A stretch of DNA of 64,000 bases from Callorhinchus milii (lineage: Eukaryota): the NCBI RefSeq assembly GCF_018977255.1, contig NW_024704742.1:132806001-132870000 (forward strand), written 5' to 3'. Below, in pieces: positions 1-12,775 of this stretch. Below the pieces are notes generated by a model. It was not told the origin of the DNA. It was given only the letters and a program-made list of their open reading frames with translations, and searched no databases. A program made the position numbers and the translations under genes. Within the stretch, counting starts at the first letter, position 1; each line of letters starts with the position of its first letter.

Positions 1-270
1 ATTCGGAAAGGGAAGGGATTTTTCTCCTATTGTCCTGGCCAACAATCCCCCCAGATAAAATTGATCACTCGCGCCATGGCGGTTTGTGAAGGGCGCTATA
101 TAAATGCAAGTTGCTATTGTTGTTGTTTGCTCTGTGCAAATTGGCTGCTTCATTCGCCTACAAAAAAGGGTCCCAACACGTCCCAGAGAATCCTGTAGAA
201 CGCTTTGGGACCTCCTCCTGCCATGAAAGGTGTTGGATCAAATGCAAGGATTATTATTTTTATCTATTAT
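1..270 (+). mobile_element. Deu-domain SINE, 3' half
   Basis: gtcctggccaacaatcccc...aaattggctgc...cgctttgggac...tcaaatgcaaggattattatt. Confidence 0.75.
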
Positions 271-324
271 TCGGTGGATTCTGAAGGCGAACGCATCAGC
301 CAATTTGCACTCTCCAGGGCAGGC

Positions 325-422
325 TAAGGCAGGCTGAGTTCAGCACCGACTGGGGGTCGAACCAGCGACAATCCCAGTCTGTACGCTGCCCACTCTGTGC
401 CTTTGCCCACTGAGCCATAGAG
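325..422 (-). mobile_element. LF-SINE-like tRNA-derived head relic
   Basis: Minus strand reads ctctatggctcagtgggcaaaggcac...tacagactggga...ggttcgacccccagtcggtgctgaactcagcc, with A and B boxes and a layout resembling the recalled LF-SINE head. Confidence 0.5.
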
Positions 423-570
423 TGAACCCCTTTCATATACGGAGTCCACAGACCCTCAGGCAGCTCCAGACCTGCTCAGTTCAGGGTGGCCCGTGTTCAG
501 TAGAGAAGAGGGATGGCGGGAGTGGGGGATGGGGAAGGGGCGGAGGTTGCCCACAAGTCAGTGTTTTGAG

Positions 571-606
571 TGACTCAGGCAAAAAACATTTAGTTGCCAT
601 GGCTAC
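571..606. promoter_or_regulatory. AP-1 site plus near-perfect RFX X-box
   Basis: TGACTCA at 571-577. GTTGCCATGGCTAC at 593-606 is one mismatch from the palindrome GTTGCCATGGCAAC and lies in unique sequence. Confidence 0.4.
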
Positions 607-679
607 TAAAATAATATGCAGTGTGCAGTCCTGACAGCTAAATCGGCTGATAAATGGTACAGATTTATTTCATGCGTGC

Positions 680-1075
680 ATTTGTGTGTTTCTGTTTGTG
701 TGTGTGGTGTGAGAGGTCGTGTATGTGTCGCTGGCATGTGTGCATGGCTTGTGTGCGCACGCGTGTATACTCATGGCTTGTGCGACTTGTGTGAGACATG
801 TACGTGAGGATGACATATGTGTATGTGTGCGCGCGTGCGTATGTCCTTGTGTGGTAGTGTGGGGGGGGGGGGTGGGCATGTGCGTGTATGTGTTGGGGGC
901 GTGCGTGTACGTATTTTTATGTGCGCACGTCCGCGTGTGTGGCTGGAGGGAGGCTTGCGTGTGTTTATTTGTGTGTGTGTATGTCGGTGTCTGTGTGTGA
1001 GCAGGGAGGGGTCGTGCGTGTGTGTGGGGCGCGCGTGTGTGTATTTGTGTGTGTGTATGACCCTGTGTGTGTGGG
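680..1075. repeat. Degenerate (GT)n microsatellite field
   Basis: Interrupted TG/GT repeats that generate the spurious CV-rich and HT-rich ORFs. Confidence 0.9.
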
Positions 1076-1999
1076 GAGGGGGGGATGTTTTGCTAGCCTG
1101 ACTAGCACAGCCTGTCTCAGCTGCTCTTTCCCCTCCCGAGCTCTGACTACAGCCAACTCTAATGACAGTTGGTTATAAATAAGCAGTGAAAAGAACTTGT
1201 GCTCAGGCAAACTCACCGAGCTTTATTTATTTATTTATAGTTTCTTTACGAGTCGGTTGTGACCCCCTTTCTGTGTCTTCCACCAATCCCGAGATCTCTC
1301 CTCACCTACCCCCCCGTTCCAGATGCTGGGCTTGCACAAAACGGGGCCTGCTCATGCCCGGCATTGATAATAAACCTTGCATTTTATGTAACGTCTTATT
1401 ACGGCGCCTCAATGTCTCAAAGCAAGTGTAGTGACTGTGTAGTTTGCAAGCGAATGCGGCAGCCAATTTTGCACACAGCCATGAAGCGAGTGACCAATTT
1501 TTATCTGGATGATTATTGTGAGCCAGGACAGAAAATCCCTTCTCTTTTCGAATAGCCATGCGGGATCTTTAACGTCCATCTGTACATGCACGGACAAGAC
1601 CTCGGTTTAACATCTCATCAGAAGGACGTCACCTCCAGTGCTTCCCTTACTTCCCCCACGCGTATCCCCGGCACTACATTGGAGCACCAGCCTAGACTGT
1701 GAAGGTTAGGGAGAAGAAAATAGGAGAACATTTGGTGGGAAAACAAAGCAATATGTTTCCTGCCATTAAAAATTAACATATAACATTCACTCCAGGGTGA
1801 TCCTTCAATAAACATTAGTGGAGCTGGGCACACAATCCATATGTTAAGAAAAACAAAGAACTTCTCCAATCTGTACTGAGCCACCCAAGGCTCCAAATTC
1901 CTCCTGCTCTTAGCCTTAAAACCATCGGCTTAAATTGTAAGGTTGTTATAAATTGGGTGATGTTGCACCTCTTCCTGAGAATAATAACCCTTATATTTG

Positions 2000-2397
2000 A
2001 TATAGCAACTCTCACATCAGGAGGATGTTTCAAAGCAGTTCACAGAATTTACTGCAAAGTGTAGTGACTGTGCATTTTGTAGAACACAGCAGCCGATTTA
2101 CACACCACAATGTTCCATAAACATTCATGAAGTGAATGACCAACTTTTATCTGGGGGATTGTCGGCTAGGAGACCGGAAGCACTTTTTTTGAATAGTGCC
2201 GTGGGATTTTTAACATCTACTTGAACAGGCAGTCAGGACCTCAATTCAACGTCTCATCCGAAGGATGGCACCTCCAGCAACCTCCCCCAGCACTGGAGTG
2301 TCAAGACTGTGATGTAAAGTCCCAGTGAGGGTCTCAAACCCACAACTCTCTAACTTAAGGGGCTAAAGACATGCTAACAATTGAGCCAGGCTGACAC
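2000..2397 (-). mobile_element. Near full-length Deu-domain SINE (SacSINE1/AmnSINE-related)
   Basis: Reverse complement has the head gtcagcctggctcaattgttagca...gggtttgagacc, the Deu core ccttcggatgagacgttgaa, and an L2-like tail. Confidence 0.8.
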
Positions 2398-2729
2398 CCC
2401 ATAACCAGAATCAGAACTTTTGTGTTTTAAACAAAAACATGAATCAAAAAGGTTCATTAAAAATAGTTAAGTTTGTGCAGAATTGTGGAAATTTCTTAAT
2501 TTGGAAGCCCGTTTTCACAAGATCACAAGAGAGGTTTGTTCGGATGAAGAAGGCTCTTTGATCTATTTGTGGGTGAAATGTGGCTCAGCAGTGACCCACA
2601 AACAGTCGTGGATTGAGTAACCAAATTATTATAATTTTTTTTGAAGAGATTATTACCCCCGGAAAGCGATTTGCCAATCGACTGACAACCAGGTTCCTAC
2701 TAACTGCTACGTAAACAGAGGGGTGTAAA

Positions 2730-2918
2730 CAGAGGAGCCTCGCCCCCTCTCTTCCTATTTTCAGGTCTCTACTGAAGACCTTTCTTTTCAAACGCGCCTT
2801 GGTCACCTTCCTTCCCCGGCTCGGTCCCAGGATCCGTTACTGTGAAGCGTTCTGAGAAGCCATCCGGCACGGAGGGCGCTATATAAATTCAAGTTGTTGT
2901 TGTTGCTGTTGTTGTTGT
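2730..2918 (+). mobile_element. L2 LINE 3' end (young subfamily)
   Basis: Close match to 7240-7425; tail gaagcgttctgaga...gggcgctatataaattcaag(ttg)n. Confidence 0.8.
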
Positions 2919-5696
2919 AAGGAAACTTGCTTTACATGGCTTGAAACCCGCACTGGAAATAAATCACATTCAAAAGGCACCCAGTTCCTGTCTCCCATTT
3001 CATGCCCAGGAGAATTCCCAGTCATGCTCACAGCCGGAACTGCGTTCTATGCGTCATACGAAGTAATGTACAAGTAACTTATCCTGAGATATCCTGAACA
3101 ATGGATTCAGGCTAATGTGAACTGGTTTGGTCTCTAATACTTAACAGCTGTGTGTGTGTGTGTGTGTATGTGATCAGGAATTGAGATACATATTGCACAT
3201 ATTTGGGGGGATTATTGGCCATGACAGCGGGAGAAGCTCCCTTCTCTTTTTGAATAGAGCCATAGGCGCTTTAACATCCACTTGAAAAGGCAGACGAGAC
3301 CTCGATTCAATGTCTCATCCAAAGGACGGCACCTCCAATAATGCATCGCTTTCCCAGCACTGCATTGGAGCGTCAGTTTACTCTGTGTGTGTTTAAAGTC
3401 CCGACGAGGGGCTTGAACCCTCAACCTTCTGCCCCAGAGGCGAGAGTGCTACCAACTGAGCTAGCAAAGCTGATATCACAAGCACTGACCTATTGAAGAA
3501 GGAATAAATATGTGTGCAAAAAAACACACAAGGTGAAACACAAGGTGTACGGGGACTAGCCTTTTGAAAACAGCGGAAGCGAGCTTTAATTCTTACTTTT
3601 GAAGGCATGTTGCTTTCCAATCAATAATAAGATCATTGATTTTTTTTGTTACTGGCCCAATCTTTCCCAAAGCCCCAAAGACACCTATCGATCAGCTCAG
3701 TGCATCAGCCTTTCCACCCCCTAATGAGCCCTGATGGACTAAACGGTCAGGACGGCTCACCAAATACCAGTGACCGCAGGGCAATAGCTTCCTGACAGCT
3801 AATACAATCAATATTTAATGCAAATTACAGCTGGCAAGTACGATTAGCCTCAAGCAACCTGCGTGGCTCAGTCGACCCCCACATTCAAATAACCAGCAAT
3901 AAGATCATGCAAATCAAGCAGGAACTTTTAAAGGGTCGCTCATCTGTTTCAGCCACTCCCGTCTCCATGTAAATAAATCTCCAGTCTGTGTCTGACCCTA
4001 ATGTTGCGAGATGTGATGTGGTAATTTATGATAGAATTACACAGCACAGAAAATCTTTGGTGCCGGTGTCCATGTGAGCCTCCAACCCCCACCCCTCCTA
4101 TTCTCCTCCGCAGTCGGTGGAATCCTACAAAATATACAGTCACTACACTTTACAGTATATTCTGTGAAGAGCTTTGAGACGTCTCAACAATGTGATGAGG
4201 CGCTATATCATATGCAAGGATTATTATTATTATTATTAAACAGCCAATGGGATGAGTGACCAATGTTTTAATTAGGGGTTTGTTGGCCAGGAGACCGAGA
4301 GAAACTCACTTCACTTTGGAATAGTGGAACAAGATCTTTTAACATCCACCTGAACAGACCTCGGTTTAACGTCTCATCCGAAGGATGGCACCTGTGACAA
4401 TGCAGCGCTCCCCCCCCGCACTGTATTTAAGAGTCAGTCTATCTAGACTGCGTGAATTCAAAGTGCCAACGTGGGGCTCAAACCCACAACCTTCCGACTC
4501 AAGAGGTGAGCGTGCTACTGACTGAGCCAGGCTGACACTGCAATGACATGGCTCACTTCACCTCAGCATTCACTTCATGACTGTTTCTAGGACGAAATTG
4601 GCTGTGCTTAACATTGGCTGGGATTTCTGCCTACACGCAGCATCTAAATGCGTGCAATAGAATTGTCAGTGCTTATGGAGGAACAACACATGTGCGTGTT
4701 CGTTTACACACGCACATATACACACGCATATGAAGCACAAGTGTGCACAATCATGCACTCGCGTATGAAAATACATGCGCGCACAAAGACAGGCACACAT
4801 GCCTGCTCACGTACAAATTACATCCAAGGTTGTCCATATCGAACACAGACCCACGCGTGTGCAGCTGTACACGAATGCACACGTGCAAACACGTGCGTAC
4901 GATCAAATACTCATTCACACAACACAATCCGTAATGTAAGAGGATGTCCCGCGAGTGCCACTCAAACCCTCACACTGTGGTTGGCGAGACCAAGGGGCAT
5001 TACACTCATCAGATCAGCTCTGGCCACAACCACTGAATCAATGCTAAAGTGTGGCGCTCCCTGCCCTCTACCTCTATTGATCCGAAACCCCAGCTTGGGT
5101 CCAAATCCCTAACTGTCGAGCGCTTTGAGACACCCTCCCGACGTGAAAGGCGCTGTACAAATGTAATTTGTTGTGGGTGTGTGTGTGGGTATCTGTGAGT
5201 GTGTGCATAAATACACACTGAACAGTTATCAACTGGTTTGACCGTGATTTTAGTCGATGTGGAGAGGGAGGGGTGAGATGTGTGCGAGCCAAAAGAAATT
5301 TTATGAAATGTCTTTATCTTGGTGTTTACTGGAGCAAAGCCTTATTGATTGCCAGCGCGTGGTTTATGTTCCAGCTGTGTTAGCATTTAGACAGAGGGGA
5401 AGGAGGTGGATTGACAATAACACGCTGAGCGGAATTTGTCACAAAGTCCCCAGAGCTGCTGCCTCCGAGATAAAGAGGCTGAAGTCATACCAGACTATTA
5501 GCTCAATGATAGATAATTAAACCTTATTCAGCAGCAGGATCAGATTGAAGTGGATAATAATAATCCTTGCATTTGATACAGCGCCTTATTCATGACAGGA
5601 GCACATCTCAAAACGTTTCACAGGATTTTACCGTGAAGTGCAGTGACTGTGTATTTTGTAGGCGAACGCAGCAGCCAATGTGCGCACAGTGCTGTC

Positions 5697-5900
5697 CCTT
5701 TGTGCCCCCCGCCCTTTGGAACTCCATCCCATATTCCCTTCACCTCGCTGCCCTCCTTGCCGCCTTCAAGGCACGTCTCAAGACCCTCTTCTTCAACCGC
5801 GTCTTCGGCCACCATCCTACCCAAATCCCTGACTATCCAGCGCCTTGGGATATCCTCCTGACGTGAAAGGCACTTTACAAATGTAATTTTGTATTGTATT
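5697..5900 (+). mobile_element. L2 LINE 3' fragment inserted into a minus-strand SINE
   Basis: Encodes LWNSIP..LHLA..LAAFKARLKTLFF (L2 ORF2 C-terminus), followed by the agcgccttggga...gtgaaaggc tail. Confidence 0.75.
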
Positions 5901-6010
5901 ATTATGAGCAATTATTATCTGAAGGGATTGTTGGCCAGGACAACAGGAGAAACTACCTACTCTTTTCCGGTGGTGCATTTATATACGAGAGAGGGGTGAG
6001 TGTTGAGAGC

Positions 6011-6041
<31 letters not shown>

Positions 6042-6980
6042 AGAGAGAATAGAGGAAGGGGGGAGTCTTTTATCTGAGGAATGGATGTGGAAGTAGAGAA
6101 ATCATCAGGTGCCACCATGAATTATGTATAACGATCAAAAGCAATTTCTTTATGTCGCGTTGCCATCAATAATGCATAGTTACAGCTTGTTTCCCACTTT
6201 ATTGCTGCATGTCAGATAGTTCCTGTCTCCAGTAACCCTCAATTTAGCCACAGACAGCTGTGCTTAGAAGGTTAGGCTCGTTAACTTTGTAAAATAAATC
6301 GTTATCATCTTGATAGCACCGTCAGTGACCGAGCCTTCAGTCACTTTGCCCCTAACCTCTGAGAAACCCTGTCTCTAGCCCTCCGCCTCACCCCCTCTCT
6401 GTCTGTCTTTAACCCGTCCCAAGCTCTGCATTGTCGAGAGTGCTGTCCAGCCGATTAGACGTTAAACTAAAGTCCTGTCCTTCTATTCAGGTGGATGTTA
6501 CAGATCCCGTGACACTGCTCAAAATGAGAAGGGAGTTTCTCCTGGTGCCCGGGATAACAATAGCACAGATAAAATCAGTCAGTCACTGCAAGCACGTTTC
6601 ACCATTAGGAACCATATTAGAATGATATTAAGCACAATATTATTATATTATTAATTGTCACATTAACCAAGGCAGTAGGACAAGAGGACACAGGTTTTAG
6701 ACCGTGCTATCGGTCAGACCGCAGGTGGCTGATTTCTAGTGCCTAAGCTCTGATACACAGTGGCACAGTCTCCGCCATCACACCTCTCCCTTGTGGACAT
6801 GTAGAAAAGAGAAGGGGTTTCTTCTGGTGCCCTGGCCAACCAATCCCCACGATAAAATTAGTCGTTCACCTTATGGCTGCTTGTGTGACATTGTGACAGG
6901 TGTCCCACAGCGTAGTGGTTGGTGCGCTCGCCTCGTAAGTGAGAGGACCCGGGTTGAATTCCCAGCAGGGCGAAACCTTC

Positions 6981-7425
6981 GACCCGATCACCCAGGTCCC
7001 TGCCAGCCTGCACTGGCTGCCTGTCCCAGAGAGGATCGATTTCAAGATCCTCACCCTTGTATTCAAGTCCCTGCACTCCTCTGCACACCCCTACCTCTCT
7101 GACTTCCTCTCTCCTCAAAACAGTACCCGTTGCCTTCGTTCCTCCGGGTCTGGCCTCCTCCTCGTCCTCTGCTCCACCCTCGGCGGTCGTGCCTTCAGCC
7201 ACTACGCCCCGAGGTTCTGGAACTCCCTTCCTCACTCCCTTCGCCTCGCTCCCTCTCTTCCTATTTTCAGGTCTCTGCTGAAGACCTTTCTCTTCGACCG
7301 CGCCTTTGGTCACCTTCCTCCTCCTCTCCCCGGCTCGGTCCCGGGATCCGTTACTGTGAAGCGCTCTGAGACGCCGTCCGGGATGGAGGGCGCTATATAA
7401 ATCCAAGTTGTTGTTGTTGTTGTAG
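6981..7425 (+). mobile_element. L2 LINE 3' fragment nested in a tRNA-derived SINE
   Basis: PITQVPASLHWLPVPERIDFKIL...GGRAFSHYAPRFWNSLP...FRSLLKTFLF, then a (TTG)n tail. Confidence 0.9.
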
Positions 7426-8279
7426 ACATGTTTCATTACTCCAACCGCCTCTGTTTACTTAGCAGTAAATAGAACCGGTTGTTAGTCGATTGGTGGATCG
7501 CTTTCTGAGGGTAAAAATCCACTCAAACCACGAATGTTTGTGGGGCACTGCTGTACGCAATTGGCTGCCATGTTTTGGCCCAAAATACACAGTCAATCCA
7601 CTTTACAGCGAATCCTGTGGTGGGCCTTGAGACGTTTCGTTGACTGCATGAAACGCAAGGATTATTGTTATTCAACGGCAACTTCTAGGAGAAACTTCCC
7701 AGCTTTAAAATCACACTTCACACAGGGCGTGGAGAGGAAAATAGCAGCAAGTATAAGCAATGACTCTATGTTAAAAAACCACACCTACAAAATGAACGTC
7801 AGAATCTCAACTCCTTTTGGTCAAGGACAGAGCTGCTGAATTATCAAATTGCCTTGGACAAAAAGGGCAACATTCTTCGAAATAAGATGAGCAAAAGGTC
7901 ACATTCCTTCGACTCATCATTGTACATACACTTGGGCCTGAGGAAAACAACTCTATGGGGTTTCATATCTCACTCCCAGACCCCACCCACCCACTCCACT
8001 ATCACCTGCTCATCACATTTTATAAAAATAATCTTTCATTCTTTGTACATTTAGTTTCAAAATAATATTAGTTTAATATAGAGTCTTTTACATCAGGAAG
8101 AAGTTTAAAAGTGCCTCATATGATTTACTGTAAAGTGTAATGACCATTTGTAGGAGAAGGTGGCAGCCAATGGATCACAAACAGCCATGAAGTGAATGAC
8201 CGGTTTTACCTGGGGCACTGTTAGCCATCACACTGGGAGATCCTCATTACTTAGAGGACACATGGTGCTTGATAGGTCT

Positions 8280-8700
8280 CAGTCTGTCTCAGTTGGTAGC
8301 ACTCTAGCCTCTGAGTTAGAAGGTTAGGGGTTCAAACCCCACGCTGGGACATGGAACTCTGAGTCTGAACTGACGCTCCAATGTAGAGCTGGGGTTGTTG
8401 TCCTTTGCCGTCCTTTGGATGAGGTGCAGATCAACCTAGGCCTCGTCAGGTGGATATTGAAGATCCCGTGGCACAATTTGAAAAGAGAGATGTTTTCACC
8501 TGATATCCTGGCCAACAATCTCCCAGATTCAAATTGGCCATGGCTGTTTGTGGGATATTAGTGTGTACAAATTGGCTGCTGCATTTACCAGCAAAACACA
8601 CAGTAACTACGCTTTACAGTATATTCCTGTGAAGTGCTTCGAAAATCCTCCTGAAGTGAAAGGCGCTATATCAAATATAAGGATTATTATGATGATTAAT
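8280..8700 (+). mobile_element. Deu-domain SINE
   Basis: ctcagttggtagcactc...ggttcaaacc head, Deu core, tail gaaaggcgctatatcaaat...attattat. Confidence 0.8.
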
Positions 8701-9179
8701 GCTAATAATAATAACTAAGGTAATGCAGAATGACTGTGCAGATGTACATTTCATTTGTATTCAGGGCCTCGTTGATACGGAACCAATCTGAGATACAAAT
8801 CTCTGCTTCAAGTTCACTGAATTGTGTGCAATCACTAACCCATTAACAGGCGTATTCCTCATGACAAGGTCGTTTTTTCTTAATCAAACAAGTGAATGAA
8901 AGTCTCAGCTCTTTACTTCCTTGCATTATTCAGGGCACGGCCTCAGCCTCTTTACCTGAACACAGACAAGTGAAGTCGGGTTAACCGCAAGTTTTGATGA
9001 CAATAATAATAATATTCCTTGCATTTGACATAGCACCTTATCACGTTGTCGAGGTATTCTAATACATGGGGAAATCCACTACCAGGCTTGAGAGTATCCA
9101 AACCATGGAATCCCACCATTCTGTGGGAATGCTGTGAATCCCATCTACACACGGAAATTCTAGAGATAGTTTGTTGGAA

Positions 9180-9375
9180 TGGAATACGCTCTCTCTCCCT
9201 GGAGTGACGCATCATGCTTAACTAATTCCAGAAAGTATTAGGCGCAGGTTGGCAAGAGCCAAGGCTTGGGGACCCCAGCTTGTGTGTTGGGGTACTGTTG
9301 GAGTCTAACCAGCTAAAATTGCATAGCTTGCTATTAATAGCCCTATTTGGCAAGTATTCCCCTCTGCTTGTCCAG
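9180..9375 (+). repeat. Unclassified structured repeat, copy 1 (continues at 10022-10040 beyond the L2 insertion)
   Basis: Colinear similarity to 37900-38115, including a 36-nt identity. Confidence 0.75.
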
Positions 9376-10021
9376 TTACCTCACCCCTCACGCTGCTGAA
9401 ACACTGGTCCACACCTCTGTCACCTCAAGGCTGGTCTACGGGAACTCTCTCCTCGCTCCCCTTCCCGGCACCTCCCTCCACAAGCTGCAGGTCATTCAGA
9501 ACTCTGCAGCTCGTGTACTGTCCCGCACCAGGATTCGCGACCACATCACTCCCACCCTCGCTCGCCTCCACTGGCTCCCCATCCCCCAGAGGATTGAATT
9601 CAAGATCCTCATCCTCACCTACAAGGCCATTCACGGCCTTGCTCCCTCCTACCTCTCAGACCTACTATCCCCCTACTTATCTGCCCTTACCCTCCGTTCC
9701 TCTGCCTCCGGTCTGCTCCACATCCCCCGCCCCAACCGCCCTACCATCGGTGGCCGGGCCTTCAGCCTCTCAGCCCCGAGGCTCTGGAACTCCATCCCCC
9801 AGTGCTTTCGCCTTGCTTCCTCCATTTCCTCCTTCAAGACCTTTCTCTTCAACCGTGCCTTCAGCTCCCATCTCGACTCTCTACCCACTCCTCGCTCTCT
9901 CCCTTCCCTCCCCTCACCCTGACCATTTCCCCCGTGCTCGGGTCCCAACCCAACTGTCCAGCGCCTTGGGACATCATCCCAACGTGAAAGGCGCTCTATA
10001 AATGCAATCTTGTTGTTGTTG
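9376..10021 (+). mobile_element. L2 LINE 3' fragment (ORF2 C-terminus and 3' UTR)
   Basis: AAETLVHTSVTSRLVYGNSLL...LQVIQNSAARVL...HITPTLARLHWLPIPQRIEFKI, then a (TTG)n tail. Confidence 0.9.
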
Positions 10022-11934
10022 TAGGACCACCCTACCTGTTAAGGCTTTGTTTGCAGGGATAAAATATACACCTCTTTGACTGTGGTTTCAGCTACCTTCC
10101 ACCTAACCCTGCTATTTCCATTCCAGCTCGTACTCTCGCTTTCGATCTATGTAAAATGCTTTAAAAGGTGCTGTATCAGTGTAAATTGTTGTTGTTGAAT
10201 GTAGTTGTGTGACACAAGAGGAAAAAAAATTACTGTTGACACTTTCTACCGAGAAGGAGTCTGTGCATCGAGTCTGTCACATGGATCCCTATTTTTCTAA
10301 ATCGCATCTTTCTTTGAGATGTTAAACCAAGCTCACATCTGCCCGTTTCAGGTGGACATTAAAAGTTCCCAGGATGAGATTCGAAAGGAATTTCTCTCCG
10401 TGTCCAGGGTGACAATTCCTACTTCGTGGCTGTCTGTATATACACATGTAATCTTGTTGTTGTCGTAGACATATAATATGTGACAACCTGTCCACTCCAT
10501 CCACTTTGCAGGCCATGGCTTGCTCCACCACCGCCACCCTGCCTGTTTCATTATGGGTGGACAGGGCCTTCAGCCTTTCTGGCCCCATCGTTTGGAACTC
10601 CATCCCACAGCCCCTCTTATTCCCCTCTCCTTTGCTTCCTTCAAAGCCCACCTCAAGACCTTCCTTTCTGATCATGCCTTTGGACATCTTCTCTGCTCCA
10701 TCCCCCTTGCCCTCCTCCCCTTTCTGATCCCAAGCCGTAGCTTGGGTGCAAACCCGTCATTGTCTCACGCAGCACCTTGGGTCGTCCTTCCCACTTGAAA
10801 AGACGCTTTATAAATGCAATTTGTTGTTTTTGTTTGCGGGACATCACAGTGCGCAAATTGGCTATTACGCTCGCTAACAAAATACAGCTCCCCCCACTTT
10901 ATGAAACGTTTTTGAAACACTTTGAGACGCTATAGTTACAAAGCAGGGATTATTATTACTAATAATTATTAGTATTCCATTGTCAATCCAGTTGCCTTTG
11001 GAAGGATTCCATTGACTCAATAGCCACCTGCGGCAACGAATTACACACCCTTCGAGCTCTCCCAAGGGAGGAGAGTTGGACTATTTATTAATTTATTGAT
11101 ACATTTATTTTTACTTTAGCGCCAGTTGCTTGGTCTCTTCCGGCCCCTGTACATTCCAATGTTCCTCTGACCTTCACAGTCAAGGAAGGAACTTGTGTGT
11201 AAAAAAAATACCCAACGACCTGCTTTTACCACTAAAATTCCTCTTGTTTTCTCAGCGATTTTGGTGACATGAAAATCCCATTACAAGGCATGTGATGAGA
11301 GTCACTACACCCGTGACAAACGAAATGTCTCGCTCAAGATCACTGTAAAAAAAAACACTCTCACTGAAACCTTGCATTCAGTTTCACAAAAAGTGTGCCT
11401 TCTTTGTCTGTTTGATTATACTTTTACCACCCCTAGGAAACCTAGACAAGCTCATAAATCAAAACCAAGTGCTTTATTTCCAGTTGTTAAAGGTGGTGAA
11501 TTAGCATAATATTGTCGGAACGTCAATGTCTTAAACTTAATGGTTTAAGACATTGACAGTGGTGAAGGGTCATGTAACAGTGTGACCTGCTCTTTGTGTG
11601 TCAGCCTGGCTCAGTTGGTAGCACACTCGTCTCTGTGTCAGAAGGTTACGGGTTCAAGCCCCCACGTCAGTGGGATTTTGAACTCACAGTCCAAGCTGAC
11701 ACTTCAATGGGGTGGCTAAGGTTGTGCTGCATTGCTGGCGGTGCAGTTTCTCCATGTATCCTGGCCGACAATTAACCCAGATAAAACTGATTATGCACTT
11801 TGTAGGACATTGTCATGTCCAAATTGGCTGCTGGTTTGGCTTACAAAATACACAGTCACTCGACGTCACACAAAATCCTTTGAAGCACTTTGGGATGTCC
11901 CCCCAAAAACGTTTCACAGGATTCTGTATGAATG

Positions 11935-12256
11935 ATAATAATAATTATCCTTGCATTTGATATAGCACTTTTCATTTCTTCTAGACGTCCCAAAGCGCTT
12001 CACAGAATATACTGTAAAGTGAATTGACTGTATATTTGTGGGCGAACGTGGCAGCCAATTGCGCACAGCAATGTCCCACAAACAGTCATGGATTGAAAAT
12101 GACCAATTTATTATTGTTTTTAGTTTTGGAGGGATTATTATTAGGCTCTGTGTGGAGTAAGGAAACTTGCCCAAGGTTTTGCCCTCTGCCTGGAACTGAA
12201 CTCAGGTCTCTCACTTGCAAAGCGAGTGCTCTAACCACTGAGCTGCAGGACTCCAC
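11935..12256 (-). mobile_element. Young tRNA-Ala-derived SINE (short form)
   Basis: Near-identical reverse complement of 40890-41215. Confidence 0.85.
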
Positions 12257-12314
12257 ATGAAGCAGAGTGACTGCAATTCATAAGAGACTTGGGTGAAAGG
12301 TGCTATTCCAAATG

Positions 12315-12775
12315 CAACGACAACAACAAAATTATATTTGTATAGTGTCTTTCACGTCGAGAGGGCATCCCAAGGTGCTGGACAGTCAGTGTTTCGGACC
12401 TGAGCTGGGGGTCGGGATTGGGGAGGGTGGAGGGCAGGAGGGGAAGCACAGTTGAAGAGTAGTGTCTTGAAATGGGTCTTGAAGGAGGCAAGGGAAGGGG
12501 CGAGGTGGAGGGACTGTTGGATGGAGTTCCAGAGGGTCGGGGCAGAGTGGGGCGGGTGAGGTGGGGGACGTGAAGCAGGCCGGAGCTTGCTGAACGGAAG
12601 GAGAGGGCAGGTTGGTAGGCGGTTAGGAAGTTTCAGAGGTAGGGGGCGCGAGGCCATGGAAGTCTTTGCAGGTGAAGACAAAGAATCTTTAACTGCATCC
12701 TCTGTGTGATGGGAAGCCAGTGGAGTCGGGTGAGGATGGGGGTGATAGGGTCATGGAGCCTGGTGCGGGAGAGGA
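12315..12775 (-). mobile_element. L2 LINE 3' fragment
   Basis: SAPTLWNSIQQSLHLAPSLASFKTHFKTLLF; (CAA)n tail on the + strand. Confidence 0.8.

Noticed and set aside
616..1216. CV-rich and HT-rich ORFs (also at 4648-5112 and 61532-64000)
   Set aside because: Translations of (GT/CA)n microsatellites.
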